Origin: Hydrurus foetidus | Lineage: Eukaryota | Direction of reading: 5' to 3' | Length of the DNA: 55,529 nt | NCBI GenBank assembly: GCA_900617105.1 | Contig: UYFQ01000809.1 | Span: 1-55,529, forward strand | Shown: positions 46,001 through 55,529 of the stretch, in pieces | Position numbering within the stretch: the stretch's first letter is position 1 | Layout of the letters: every line of letters starts with the position of its first letter | Position numbers and translations under genes: made by a program | Notes under the pieces: generated by a model | Databases searched by the model: none | Told to the model about the DNA's origin: nothing | What the model saw: only the letters and a program-made list of their open reading frames with translations

Positions 46001-47687
46001 AGATGAAATCAGTAACACAGAGGTTCGCAACGCAATTAACCCAGGGTACAACTTTCGACAATCCACTCGTGAACGACACGTTTATGCCGCACTAACCATC
46101 AATGACGCCACGTTCCAATTCGGTGCTGAAGTAACTGACGGTGCGGTGATAGAAGAGTTGAAGAATTTGATTAACAAAGAAGTTTTCGAATTCGTCAAAG
46201 CGTCAAGCACGATAAAAACAGCGATCCCTTCGAAGATGATATTAACACCCAAAAAGCTACCAAATGGACAAATCGACAGGATGAAAGCTCGTCTAGTTGC
46301 AGGGGGGCATAGACAAGACAGATCACTATACAAAGATCAGGATACATCATCGCCAACAGTTGCGCTCAGCACAGTATTGATGGCAGCTTCGATTGCAGCA
46401 CACAAAGCACAGTACGTCATGACACTCGATCATAAAGCAGCTTACCTCAACGCCAGTATGGTTGGCAACAGCGTCTACGTGAGACTGGGAAAAGACGTGG
46501 CAGTGTTACTGTGCAAGTTGGCTCCAAAGTATCACCAGTTTATCAGAGCTGACGGCACGATTACCGTGAAGCTCCGCCGGGCTCTGTACGGCTGTATCGA
46601 ATCTGCCGTACTGTGGTACAAAGAGCTGTCTTCCACGCTTCTCGGCCTAGGATTTAAGAAGAATCCTTACGATGAGTGTTCGTTTACGAGAGAAATTGAA
46701 GGCAGAATCGATTCTATCTTGGTCTACGTGGATGATCTAATGATATTTTCGGAGCTGCCGCAAACACTTACATCAATAGCGGATGCTCTGAGGTCAAAGT
46801 ACACCGAGATCACTACAAGGATCGGAAAAGAGCACGATTTCCTTGGCGTCCACTGGGATTTCAGAGTTCCCGGCCAAGTGATGCTATCTATGGACGGTTA
46901 CATCGACAATATTTTAGAGAAATACGGTGTGAAGACAAAAGCAAAGACTCCTGCTACCGATATGCTGTTCATATACAATCCACTATGTCCAAAACTCAAC
47001 AAGGTCAAACAAGAAGTGTTTCACTCATGCGTAATGGAGTTGCATTACCTGGCGAAGCGTACAAGAAGCGAGATCCTGACTGCAGTATCCTACTGTGCCA
47101 CACGAGTGCTGTGTCCTGATGAAGACGATGAGAAAAAGTTAGACAGGATATTGTCATATCTATTCAATACGCGTGGCAGACAACTCACACTTCGCATAGG
47201 ACCAGTGATCGAAATCCGCGCGTACGTAGATGCGTCATTCGGAACCTACCAAGACATGAAATCAGTAACGGGAGTGGTTATTCAGATTGGAGACGCGACG
47301 GTTTACGTCAAAAGCAGCAAACAGAAAATTGTCACGAAATCATCGACAGAGGCAGAGCTTGTCGGAATTTCAGATGCACTCACTCAAGTTCTCTGGACTC
47401 GGGAGTTCTTGATTCATCATGGCATCCCCGTCGGACCTGCGGTTATGTATCAAGACAATAAGTCGACGATTTGTTTGGCCAATCGAGGCAAGTCAACAAG
47501 CGAACGCACAAGACATGTCAAAATCAGGTACTTCTTCATCAGCCATTACATTGAGGAGAAGGAAATCGTGATCAGATACTTACCGACTGGAGAGATGATG
47601 GCAGACCTGATGACGAAGCCTCTCCATGGATCGTTGTTCGAAAAGCTTCGAGAGATGGTTGTCGGTAAAAGTTGTGATCCAGTCTGA
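43002..47687 (+). CDS. Copia-1 Gag-Pol polyprotein, 1561 aa
   Basis: RGG boxes, CWNCGIKGHRSSTC, LLDTQASIH, QVDL/SDGE/AE, KARLVAGG, YVDD, YVDAS, SSTEAE, ADLMTKPL. Confidence 0.97.
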   Translation: MSGRGHGRGQRGPGRGAGRGRHTPPAAQTKSTKEPIFRGHDSELPSLNFGASAKENKPIEFLQLMGEHTAISYKPSICHAFWTIPPTFGDEEEEPEMPAEIPAGNMGKAILSQYLSDQKDWKTDFKKIAEQKQAVFALVYAQLSESSRCEIQDDEDWIENYQQRDLLYLIQRIRSTHIARQTGNPGQDRERVQMLWATIRMQPYETSFAFRKRVDDHQLERTAVGLPVIPEEDLVIGILNRLDMSRYSSLVTNYLDNERRGIADLPILSSTLWKEVKEAQVVRFRGVRGSDMESIYLSRVDDIQIDGGRGRGRGRGGRGPRGGGRGRGRSSHEEKETVGKSSTTPAIKSTAPNLDHIVCWNCGIKGHRSSTCTIKKVNFSSADDELIYLATSVPDWRTPCPDNACDDDQHRESIFFSTVSGNQDTMLLLDTQASIHIFRNPAITTDIETTSTPVTIQGITGDRVRVTQEGTIHDVGIKGYYSPNMAANIISYNKLKETHNIHYDEARDIFTATSHTGPTLTFACINGHYVMDIHAIRQAYVVSLSSKSAKYSRKQLSAARDAYEFMQRMGYISYKAAAEIVQRGSMKEIGFVRSDLVNAQDIYGTPAAYQLGQGTQRSAKCQENDQIPIHQSVNQELQVDLFYFLGQAFFLSISVLLGLIMVSHLGPGNETASSSEKNNERSRSKAGEALLMHVTQYQAKGFRVLTVTSDGEGAVKSIRQEAQKLGVELNILGRGSHTPHAEAAIRHLKNKARSTLHSLPYSLPSKLAVHFIAFVVHTSNMVPKVNSPGHLPAYTAFKGRAPNYKIDAPFPFGTAGFLQRAQTVQSNSMIPRADYCVWLGTTRNLKGTHRCLNLDTLREVTGDIFRPALLTQAAITRLKELAGSVPLHPQDIGPPESTLDNPDAPYALDPHRGVDAADSDPNADMETDAPVNTTVSSGVTEEEFAEKELTDMTPELQSSDVQSLDAPNEQNKDETPIDPSATDIVPVEDSYDQIRDESNRDEISNTEVRNAINPGYNFRQSTRERHVYAALTINDATFQFGAEVTDGAVIEELKNLINKEVFEFVKASSTIKTAIPSKMILTPKKLPNGQIDRMKARLVAGGHRQDRSLYKDQDTSSPTVALSTVLMAASIAAHKAQYVMTLDHKAAYLNASMVGNSVYVRLGKDVAVLLCKLAPKYHQFIRADGTITVKLRRALYGCIESAVLWYKELSSTLLGLGFKKNPYDECSFTREIEGRIDSILVYVDDLMIFSELPQTLTSIADALRSKYTEITTRIGKEHDFLGVHWDFRVPGQVMLSMDGYIDNILEKYGVKTKAKTPATDMLFIYNPLCPKLNKVKQEVFHSCVMELHYLAKRTRSEILTAVSYCATRVLCPDEDDEKKLDRILSYLFNTRGRQLTLRIGPVIEIRAYVDASFGTYQDMKSVTGVVIQIGDATVYVKSSKQKIVTKSSTEAELVGISDALTQVLWTREFLIHHGIPVGPAVMYQDNKSTICLANRGKSTSERTRHVKIRYFFISHYIEEKEIVIRYLPTGEMMADLMTKPLHGSLFEKLREMVVGKSCDPV

Positions 47688-47888
47688 GTACTGAACAGCA
47701 ACCATCCAATATTTCACCACGTCTTTTTCGAGTATGAAAGTGCAGGTCAGGAAATTTCCGTTTCGCTGCTTTCAGGTATTATTTTTAAGTTAGCCGTTTT
47801 CAGTTTTTTATTTTCATTTTCACTTCAGAACAAAAGAACACACACACTTCATGCGCACTACACAACTGACTGAACTAATCAAGGGGTA

Positions 47889-48332
47889 TGTTCGAGGAAC
47901 TTAGTTCCGTACGTACAAACGCACCGGATAACTTACATCGTAGTGATTCGCTCAGTAGCTTGTAGTCACATGTATTGTCATTGAATCTTGAGCTACGTCG
48001 AAAGATCTTCAAGTGCAATACTCAACCACGTACGTTTTGTAGTTTAGATACCAGAGGCTAAAAGTAAGCCAACAAGAAATCGCGCGAGTTAATCCCATAG
48101 ACTCGTATATTACTTTGTCACGCAAATAAGTAAGAAGCAGTATTTCAAACTCCTCTTCAGGAAGTCTTGATAGTGTAGGAAAGCGCGCCTGCACAGTTGA
48201 AGACATTCTATCGAGGAAGTTCAGGCTTATTTTACAAGGACAAGGATAATTCAACATAATTCTATTCTCCTACTTCAAGTTGACTGTACCAGTCACCAGG
48301 GGAATCGAGGTCGCATTACGGTTAAAACCGAT
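47889..48332 (+). repeat. Copia-1 3' LTR, lacking the terminal CA
   Basis: Identity to the 5' LTR stops at ACCGAT, followed by TCCCT and the host duplication. Confidence 0.92.
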
Positions 48333-48337
48333 TCCCT

Positions 48338-48620
48338 AACTTCGTTCGTCTTGGTGGTAGCTTTGGTTAGGGATGGAAATGCTGACGGTGCTGAGATCCT
48401 CAAATCTTCTCCATCAGCGAGCATGATGCTGCCGGCTGCTCCCATTTTTAGAAGTTTCTAATGATGATTTCACTGTTTTATGCGCTACTTTACAATGAGC
48501 TGCGTCATCTCGTCTCGGTAGAGGGTGTGAGAGAAGATGGACTGATGGACTGATGGAGAGAAACAAGAAACATGATGTGGGATGGGATGTGGGATGTGGA
48601 TTTTGGATTAGGCAATTGTG
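48338..48620 (+). repeat. 283-bp direct duplication, copy 2
   Basis: Matches 42195-42477. Confidence 0.95.
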
Positions 48621-48928
48621 GGGCGGGGAACCGCCAAAAGACAGCCGGAATTGGCAAGATCTTCGGCACCAAATTATCTGCGTTGTTACATAGGCACCTT
48701 TGGGGATTTGCTACGTGAGCAAAAGGCACTCTGCTTGCCTATGTGCCTACAAAAGCAAGCGTAGGCACAGGCTGAACGTACGTAAGGACTTTTAATACGT
48801 AAGGAAAGACGGTGAATAACACATTACACTCAGTGATTCGTAAATTTTGACAAACATAAAATATAAACATAAACAAATAAAAATAAATGATAAACGACAA
48901 AATAAATAATATCTTCATAACTTAAAAT

Positions 48929-49262
48929 TTATGGTTCACCGTCATCCTCAGCGATCATCGCGGCAGCTGCAAGGAGCTCAATCAGCGCATCACGTCCCTG
49001 GTCGGGAGCTTCAGCATAATACTTTTCATCGTCAGCATCTTCAAATTCAAGCTCTTCTGCGTTCGCAGCATTAGCGGCTCGTTCAATTTCCTCATTCCGC
49101 TCCTCAGCGAGATCAGCTACATCTTCAGCAGTTTCAATTATTTTGTCGCGGAGATACTCCATGTAGGGTTTAACAGTTGGTCCATTTTCTCTCATTGCGA
49201 TGAGTCGGTGAATAGTGTCTAACTCCATGTAGGCTCCCGTAGTGGCATGTTCTTGCCGATTC
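48929..49262 (-). pseudogene. Possible terminal exon of a hAT-like transposase (end of the dimerisation region plus acidic tail)
   Basis: After a TTTAG acceptor: NRQEHATTGAYMELDTIHRLIAMRENGP, resembling the ...L..LM.I..NGP end of hAT dimerisation domains. Degenerate inverted repeats flank it. Confidence 0.4.
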
Positions 49263-50101
49263 CTAAATTTGAAAATTTTTCAAAAAGTAAACACTGGTGC
49301 GAATAATATCAACCTTTGCAGTGATATAGATGAATTGCACGTGAACCTTTGTCTTACGTATCACATGATCAATGCGCTGAGGATTACTTCAATAGAGAGG
49401 TGCTTGAAAAGTGTAGTTTGTTGTTCTCCATACATGAAATGCCGTTTACATATTACATACATGCATAGAAGCGGTGTGCATCTACTTGCGCACATGCACA
49501 TAAACTTACGCAAGAACTCATGAACAACGGATATATGAGAGAGACAAGGCTATTTGCTATTTTTAGGTTGTAGGTGATGAAATTATCAAATTAACCGGTT
49601 GCCTATGAAAAATTCCCCCCGCCCACAAAGGCGCCTATATAGGCACTTTGGACTTTTTGCTCACATGAGCGCATATGCATATGTAGCAACGCAGCAAATT
49701 ATTGCCAAAAGCTCCAAAAACACCCAGAATTTGGAATTTGAATTTTATGTACTGGTGCACCAGAACGGATATTGTGGTACCGTCCGGTGCCCTATTGTCA
49801 TTACATTGTCATTTCAAACACAAACACACAACACAATGCTCACCGAACGACCGAGCGGTCCCAACGGCACGATGACGATCCGATCTTTCCACGTTGAAGC
49901 AGTTCAGAAGAGAACTGGTCGCGACCAGTTCTCCAACAGCTACACATTGTCCATTTCAATTGCATTCATTCCACTCAATTCACCTCATCGTTTCCATTCC
50001 ACAATCACAATCTTTCACTCAGTAAACTTAAAAACCGATTCTGTTTCTACCGTTTTCCGTTTCTGGATTACCGCCGAATCCCGACAATTGGTTTTTAAGC
50101 A

Positions 50102-52454
50102 ATGCTCTCCACATCCACAGCCGCTGCCACTTCCACTGCCCAACATCCAATGCTGAACCTCCACTCAGACAACTGGTCGCAGTGGCATCAAGCCTTGAAG
50201 CTCCTCTGCTTCACCAAATTTGGTGTCGCTGGGCAGCAAATCCTCTCCGACACCACCGTCCCGCTCCAACCATTTCCAATCGAGCCAACAAAGGCCGACC
50301 TCGAGGCCGACCTCACAGGAGCTCCCACTCCAGGTCTCTTCACTTATCAGCGCCGACAAGCCACCGACGCCGAAGCCGCTCAAACCAAGGGGGTATTAAA
50401 AGGAGAGGGGGCGGATCTCGCACTCAGGCCAGCGGAAAAAATTCTCACATGCCCCCCACCCAACATCGAACTACCAGTGCTATCTCAGTAATTTATATCA
50501 CCATGCAGCCCCTCAATCACACGCATACTACAGAAGAACTGCAGCAGCTGCCGCAATGAGGTAAGTTTCTCTTGAATGACCATGACCAGCGGCGTGATTT
50601 GGCCATGGTACTTTGAATGCGCGCTCAGTCTTTTGCCAGAAATTAGTCTATTGCACAAAGCAATTGTTAAAAATCATCTTGCCACCATGTGAAATTTAAT
50701 CTGTCATACTTCGACAGATTCATGTCCATTGCTTCACAGTATGACTCCCAAAATTTCACAGATTTAATCTGGAAATTAAAATTTTTATGACCATATTCCA
50801 CTTACTGTCAGCATTCTCTGAAGCATCACCTCATCCATTAACTAAATGCCAATTACTGCCTTGACAGGAACATCTCCGCTTCATAACACTGTTATGAACA
50901 ACAACGCCGTGCCCAATAGGAGTCCCGCCGCGTCAAATTGAGGCTGGAACCTCGCTGCGGGCTCGAATCGATGGCCACCGATATATCGGGACTATCGTGT
51001 TTGGAAGGTACCGCCGTCACCAAATCTCCTTAAATATCGAAGATATCAGCACTGTATAATATCCCTTCCTTAATTCTGATCGAAATCTCTGCAGGACTTC
51101 GTCTCGCTGGGATTTACTGTCGAGGTTGCGTTGCTCAAAAAAAGACTTAGTTTAGATAGATAGGCATTTTCATTAGCGTCATGTTTCATACTGTGTAAAT
51201 TAAAGAACATTTTACTTGAGAAGTTTTAAAACTTGAATTACTGGCGCAGTGCAAAAATTGAGGGAACTATGATGGTCAAATTAGTGTAAGCAGCATTGAC
51301 GCATGTGGTGAGTCACGACATGGCCTAGCAACTCCAAGATGGGCCAAGGAACCTTCTAGGGTAAAAAACGGCAAAGCGAAACGGTCGCTTGATAGTACAA
51401 CTTTTTGAAAATTGGGTGGGGGGCATGTGAGAATTTTTTCCGGTGGCCTGAGTGCGAGATCTGCCCCCTCTCCTTTCAATACCCCCTTGCTCAAACCAAC
51501 TTCGATCCCGCCACTCTTCCCCTCAGCACCCTCGGCAATACCAACTTTAGAGATGACAAAAAGATCTTCTCGGCAGCACAGCGTCGGTTCTCCGACGAGG
51601 ACACAGACTGCCTCCACCATCTCTACAGACATATTTCCTTGGCCTCCCATACCGCAGTCAAAACCCACCCCAACTACCCTACCTACCAACTTCAACCCAT
51701 CGGCTCTCGGAGCTATCCCTTCTATATCATGGTCCGCGACATTCACTCCATCGGGAATGCCGCCACCAAACTCCATCGCACCCGCCTTTATGTCAATGTC
51801 TTACAATCCGACTTGCCACATGAATCCTACATTGAACTAATAACCACTATGACTGAAACATTCAAGCTCGACTTCGAGTCCGCGGTTCACCCGGGCTTTG
51901 TATCTATACCTGAATTAACTAGCTTCCTTTACCTCGCAGGACTCAACCGCAACGAGTTCCACCGCGCCCTTGATGAGCTCCTGCACAACCATCCAACTGG
52001 ACGGTTCCCAGATCCCACAGCTCTTATGTCCCAACTGCAGAGCTGGAAGATCGCGAACTCACTCTCCTTCGCACGCGACGACGTCTCCTCCCAAGACTCC
52101 GCACTCATCGCCTCCAAAGCCTCGGCGACTTCCCCCTGTCCACGTCTTGCAAACGGTAACAAAGACTCTACCCCTAAACCTCACCTTCACCCTACCCCCT
52201 GCACATGGTGCCTTTCCGCCGACAAAGTCCAACGCTTCGGCCACTTGTCCGCCTACTGTTCCAAGAACCCCAACCGACTTCCCAACCCTCCGCCACCACC
52301 ATTTACCTCCCCCACACCGTCCAATACCTCTCAACGCCTCCGCGCACTCCTTATCCAACTCGACCACGCCGACACTCCAGACGCCTCCAACGCCGCTATG
52401 CACCTCATCGCGGAGGCCGCCATCGAAGCCTCCGACTACTCGGACTCCGTCTGA
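50102..52454 (+). pseudogene. Copia-2 gag, split by a 1102-bp insertion
   Basis: Removing 50387-51497 restores ...AEAAQT|NFDPATL...; zinc knuckle CTWC-x10-H-x4-C. Confidence 0.85.
50387..51488. mobile_element. Non-autonomous Mutator-like (MULE) element with 77-bp TIRs and a 9-bp TSD
   Basis: TIRs 50387-50463 and 51412-51488; TSD GCTCAAACC at 50378-50386 and 51489-51497. Confidence 0.9.
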
Positions 52455-54060
52455 CTACCAGCCCCCACGACCCCCCTTGCACTTTTCTCCCGTCCACTCG
52501 CCCTAGCTTCCTCCAGTTTACCAACCTCACTCAACCACCATCAGTCCTACTGGGATAACGCCTGCTCCTTCCACACAGTCAATGATGACTTCCTACTCTA
52601 CGATCTTGCTCCACTCCCTCACACCTTCTCCATCGGAGGTATCGGCGGCTCCTGCTCGGTCACCCAACGCGGCCGCCTCCTCTGCCTCCCCACCACCAAC
52701 GCTATGAACTCTGCCTACTTTTCTCCGACACTACCCGTTCACCTCTTCAGCCTGGGCCAAATGTAACGCTGCGGCGCTACATATGGACCTGACCCCCTTC
52801 GCCCCCTTAGTCACGTCACTATCCGCTCCTCCCCCTCAGGACCCCTCTTAGCCCACGCCGCCCTATCCACCCACAACCTCCTGCCTGTAGACTTCGCCGC
52901 CCTCCTCCACGCTTCGTCAATCAACCCTCTCTCATACTATCACCCCGTTGCAATGGCCGCGCATTCCCTCGTACCCCACACTACCACAGAGCAGCCTACA
53001 CCCCTACCCCTCATGCATGCTGTACCCCATATCAACTCTGAGCAGCGCTCTCGCGCTGATGCCGCTGAAGACCTCCACATTGAACTTTGCTAACCCTCCG
53101 ATCGCAGCCTCTGTGTCAACCTCTCCACCGGCAAGCTCCCTTTCAGCACCTTAACCTGCTCCGATGTCACTCTTAACCGCCAACTCCGCGGCCCTTGCCC
53201 CCACTGCACCGCTGGTAAACACCGCAGTCCCTCCCATCCCCCCTCCACTAGCGCCCCCGCCACCTCACTTGGAGCCGGACTCAGCTTCGACCCCCAGCTC
53301 CTTCCAGAGCCCTCCCCAGGCCTACACACCCATGAAATCATCATAGTCGACGAGTTCACTGGCCACCTCTCCGTCGTCGGTGCCTCATCCAAATCCACTC
53401 CGGCTGTCTTCAAAGCCCTACACCACATTATCACCACCACGTACAATGCACATCACCATCGTGTACACACACTTCACGGCGACTGTGAGAAGATCAACAC
53501 TTCCCTCGCTGCACCACTTGGATCCCTCGGAATCTCCTTTCAGCTCTCTCCCCCTGGAGAACACGCCGCACGCGTCGAGCGCTCTATCCTCACCCTTTGG
53601 CAGCTTACAACCGCCACCCTCTCAGGCCTCTCCTACTACCTCCCACTAAAGTATACTCTCTACCTACACAAGGCCATAGCTGCTACGCGGAACACCCTCA
53701 TCAACGTACGTAGTTCTCCATCTACCCCCAATGAACTCCTCCACGGCCACAAATCCACCCGCCACACCTTCCCATTCGGCTCCTGCTGCATGGTAACTCA
53801 ACATACAGATAAGCGCCACGCCCTGGCTAGAGCTAACCATACCGCCGCAAACGCCGAACCCAAAGCCGAACTTGGAGTATGCGTGGGTCCTCATCGTCTC
53901 ACCGGCCGTACACTCTTCCTTCTTGCAAACGGTGCAATCGTGCCCCGCCGCCCAACCGCCCCCTTCCCCCGCCACTTCGTTCCCTTCAACTGGAGTTCAA
54001 AACCATTCGTCCCCAACGTTCCTCTTCCCCCCTCACCTCCAACCACACAAACACCCCTTC
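52455..54060 (+). pseudogene. Copia-2 pol (protease-integrase), in frame with gag
   Basis: Hand translation after TGA 52452-52454; two internal TAA codons. Confidence 0.82.
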
Positions 54061-54282
54061 TGTGGCCTCAGTAGGATCTAGGCACTGGGAGCGGGACGGC
54101 TGGGAGCGGGAGCAAGGGAAAGGGTGCTGGGGGAGCTATTGCTATAGAAACAATGTGGTTAGCTTACAGATAAACACAGCAGGTATCATGGCAATGAATC
54201 GGGTGAATCGGATCGGATCGTCCTCGATCCGATCCGAACGTACGCCTGTACCCGTACAGCCCGTACGGGTGTGCGGGTCACA
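54061..54282 (-). repeat. Gypsy-2 3' LTR (222 bp)
   Basis: Minus strand TGTGACCCG...GGCCACA, preceded by AGAGAGAGAGGGGCAC; shares blocks with the Gypsy-1 LTR. Confidence 0.9.
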
Positions 54283-54495
54283 GTGCCCCTCTCTCTCTAA
54301 AGGGGTGTACTAATGACAAAATTCATCATCAAAATACTAACTATGAATAACTAACTAACTAATTGAATAACTATTTCAGACTAAGAACTGAAAGTTCCTT
54401 ACTGAATAAACCTCCTTAAAATCCCTGAGGATCCAATTTAGGAGGAATCTTCATGATTTAGATAATCAAAATTTTTTATTTTTTTGTTTTACCGG

Positions 54496-55529
54496 TTAAC
54501 GGTAGTTTGCGATGAATTCGCGTGGTATTAAGTGTTTGAGGTTCTTTTTATTAAGAACTCATGTACTTTTTGCGCTTTACCCATGTGTGTCCACGGTTCC
54601 CATGTATTGTGTTCATGGGTGTAGTTGAGCCATTTCACATGAAATGTGAGTGATTTTTATGCTCTTATATTTCCTTTCATTTCTAGGATTTCCTCTATGA
54701 AGAATTCCAGATAATCTCTACGAGCAATGTCAGTTGGATCGACATGCGTAGGATCAAAGTGAAACGGTTTGAGTTGGGTCATGTGGTACAACTTTTCTTT
54801 GTGTGTTACCAGATCGAGTAATGTATACTCTGCGAAGTTGTGGCTGACAACTCGCATTGGGCCGCGCCACAGTGTGTGCATGCGCGTTTCTGGTGATGTT
54901 CTTTGTTGGACAAGTACAAGAGTGTCGACTCTGAACTGTGTGACGTTGGGAGGTTGTTGTGCATTGTGCAAGTCGTCGGATTCTTTGAGTAGACGTGCGG
55001 TGATTTCGATGAGTTCATCTTGCAACGTTAACATTTTATCAGTTGACCGTGTGAGTGAGTCGAAATCTAAATCAATTTCATCTCGGAAGGAGGATGTTTG
55101 CGTCGAGGTCGATCGCGTTGCCATAGATGAGTTGTGCTGGAGACACTTTCATCCGGTCATTTACGGTTGAATTTAGTATTCTTTGTACAAACGGTAATAT
55201 TTCCGCGTAGTTTTCCGTAGTTGCCCGTTCGTATGCGTAAGTGGTTATATGGCGATTGATTTCTTTGTTGATTCGCTCGACGATAGCGTTTACTTCTGAA
55301 CAGTATGGTAATATTTTGTTGTGTGTTGTTCCAACAATCTTCACAAACTCATCTATGATGTGACTTGCGAAGTGGGGTCCATTATCTGATCGAAGTATAC
55401 ATGGTGAGCCGTAGCGCCCCACGTGTTCCACAAGTGCTGTGCAAGCTAATTTGGCTGTTGCATCAGGTGTTGCGTAGAGTTCGACAAACCTTGAGAAGGT
55501 GTCGATCATAACAAGGATATATCCTTTAT
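54496..55529 (-). pseudogene. Gypsy-2 integrase-chromodomain, frameshifted
   Basis: Three frame pieces: IDTFSR/SDNG/VER; ETRMHTLWRGP; FHVKWLNYTHEHNTWEPW. Confidence 0.9.

Larger units (their letters stand above)
42476..48332 (+). mobile_element. Ty1/Copia LTR retrotransposon (Copia-1), intact ORF, 3' LTR apparently clipped
   Basis: 444-bp direct repeats, PR-IN-RT-RH order, candidate PBS TGGTAGCAG at 42956, PPT AAGGGG at 47881. Confidence 0.96.
49748..54060 (+). mobile_element. Decayed C-rich Ty1/Copia-like element (Copia-2): gag, protease, integrase; interrupted by Gypsy-2
   Basis: Gag 50102-52454 once the insertion is removed. In frame downstream: YWDNACSFH, CPHC, IVDEFTG, HGDCE, ARVERSI. 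Stops at 52764 and ~53091. Left boundary tentative. Confidence 0.85.
54061..55529 (-). mobile_element. Second chromovirus (Gypsy-2), 3' end; relative of Gypsy-1
   Basis: Integrase and chromodomain similar to Gypsy-1 (DIARRDYLEFFIEEI); related LTR and PPT. Confidence 0.95.

Noticed and set aside
51276..51776. ORF sharing KGVLKGEGADLALRP with 50102-50491
   Set aside because: Both read into the inverted repeats of the MULE.

Overview
Eukaryotic, intron-containing genomic DNA. A stramenopile alga (chrysophyte-like) is plausible but only inferred. Two transposon-dense blocks flank a core of seven host genes. Left block (1-16051): a near-intact Ty3/Gypsy chromovirus inserted into a decayed PIF/Harbinger element, plus an intact 5-exon pogo/Fot1-like transposon with 251-bp TIRs sitting between two copies of a 2275-bp duplication. 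Host core (~16.4-42.3 kb): ATP-grasp protein, pterin carbinolamine dehydratase, 2OG-Fe(II) oxygenase-like protein, SPCS2, a ~21-exon NSD-like SET methyltransferase with microsatellite-filled introns, a TLC protein and a myristoylated PH-like protein. Right block (42.2-55.5 kb): an intact single-ORF Ty1/Copia flanked by a 283-bp host duplication, a possible hAT remnant, and a decayed C-rich Copia carrying a nested MULE-type insertion and a second chromovirus. Best leads: (1) a 134-nt stop-free intron in the chromovirus whose splicing would switch frame to an Arg/Asp-rich Gag tail ending just before the protease, while retention gives Gag-Pol; (2) a UGA-CUA leaky stop exactly at the gag/pol junction of the second Copia; (3) two unrelated TEs flanked by giant direct duplications whose junctions share ACCGAT/ATCGGT. 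All calls were made by eye; exon boundaries are predictions.
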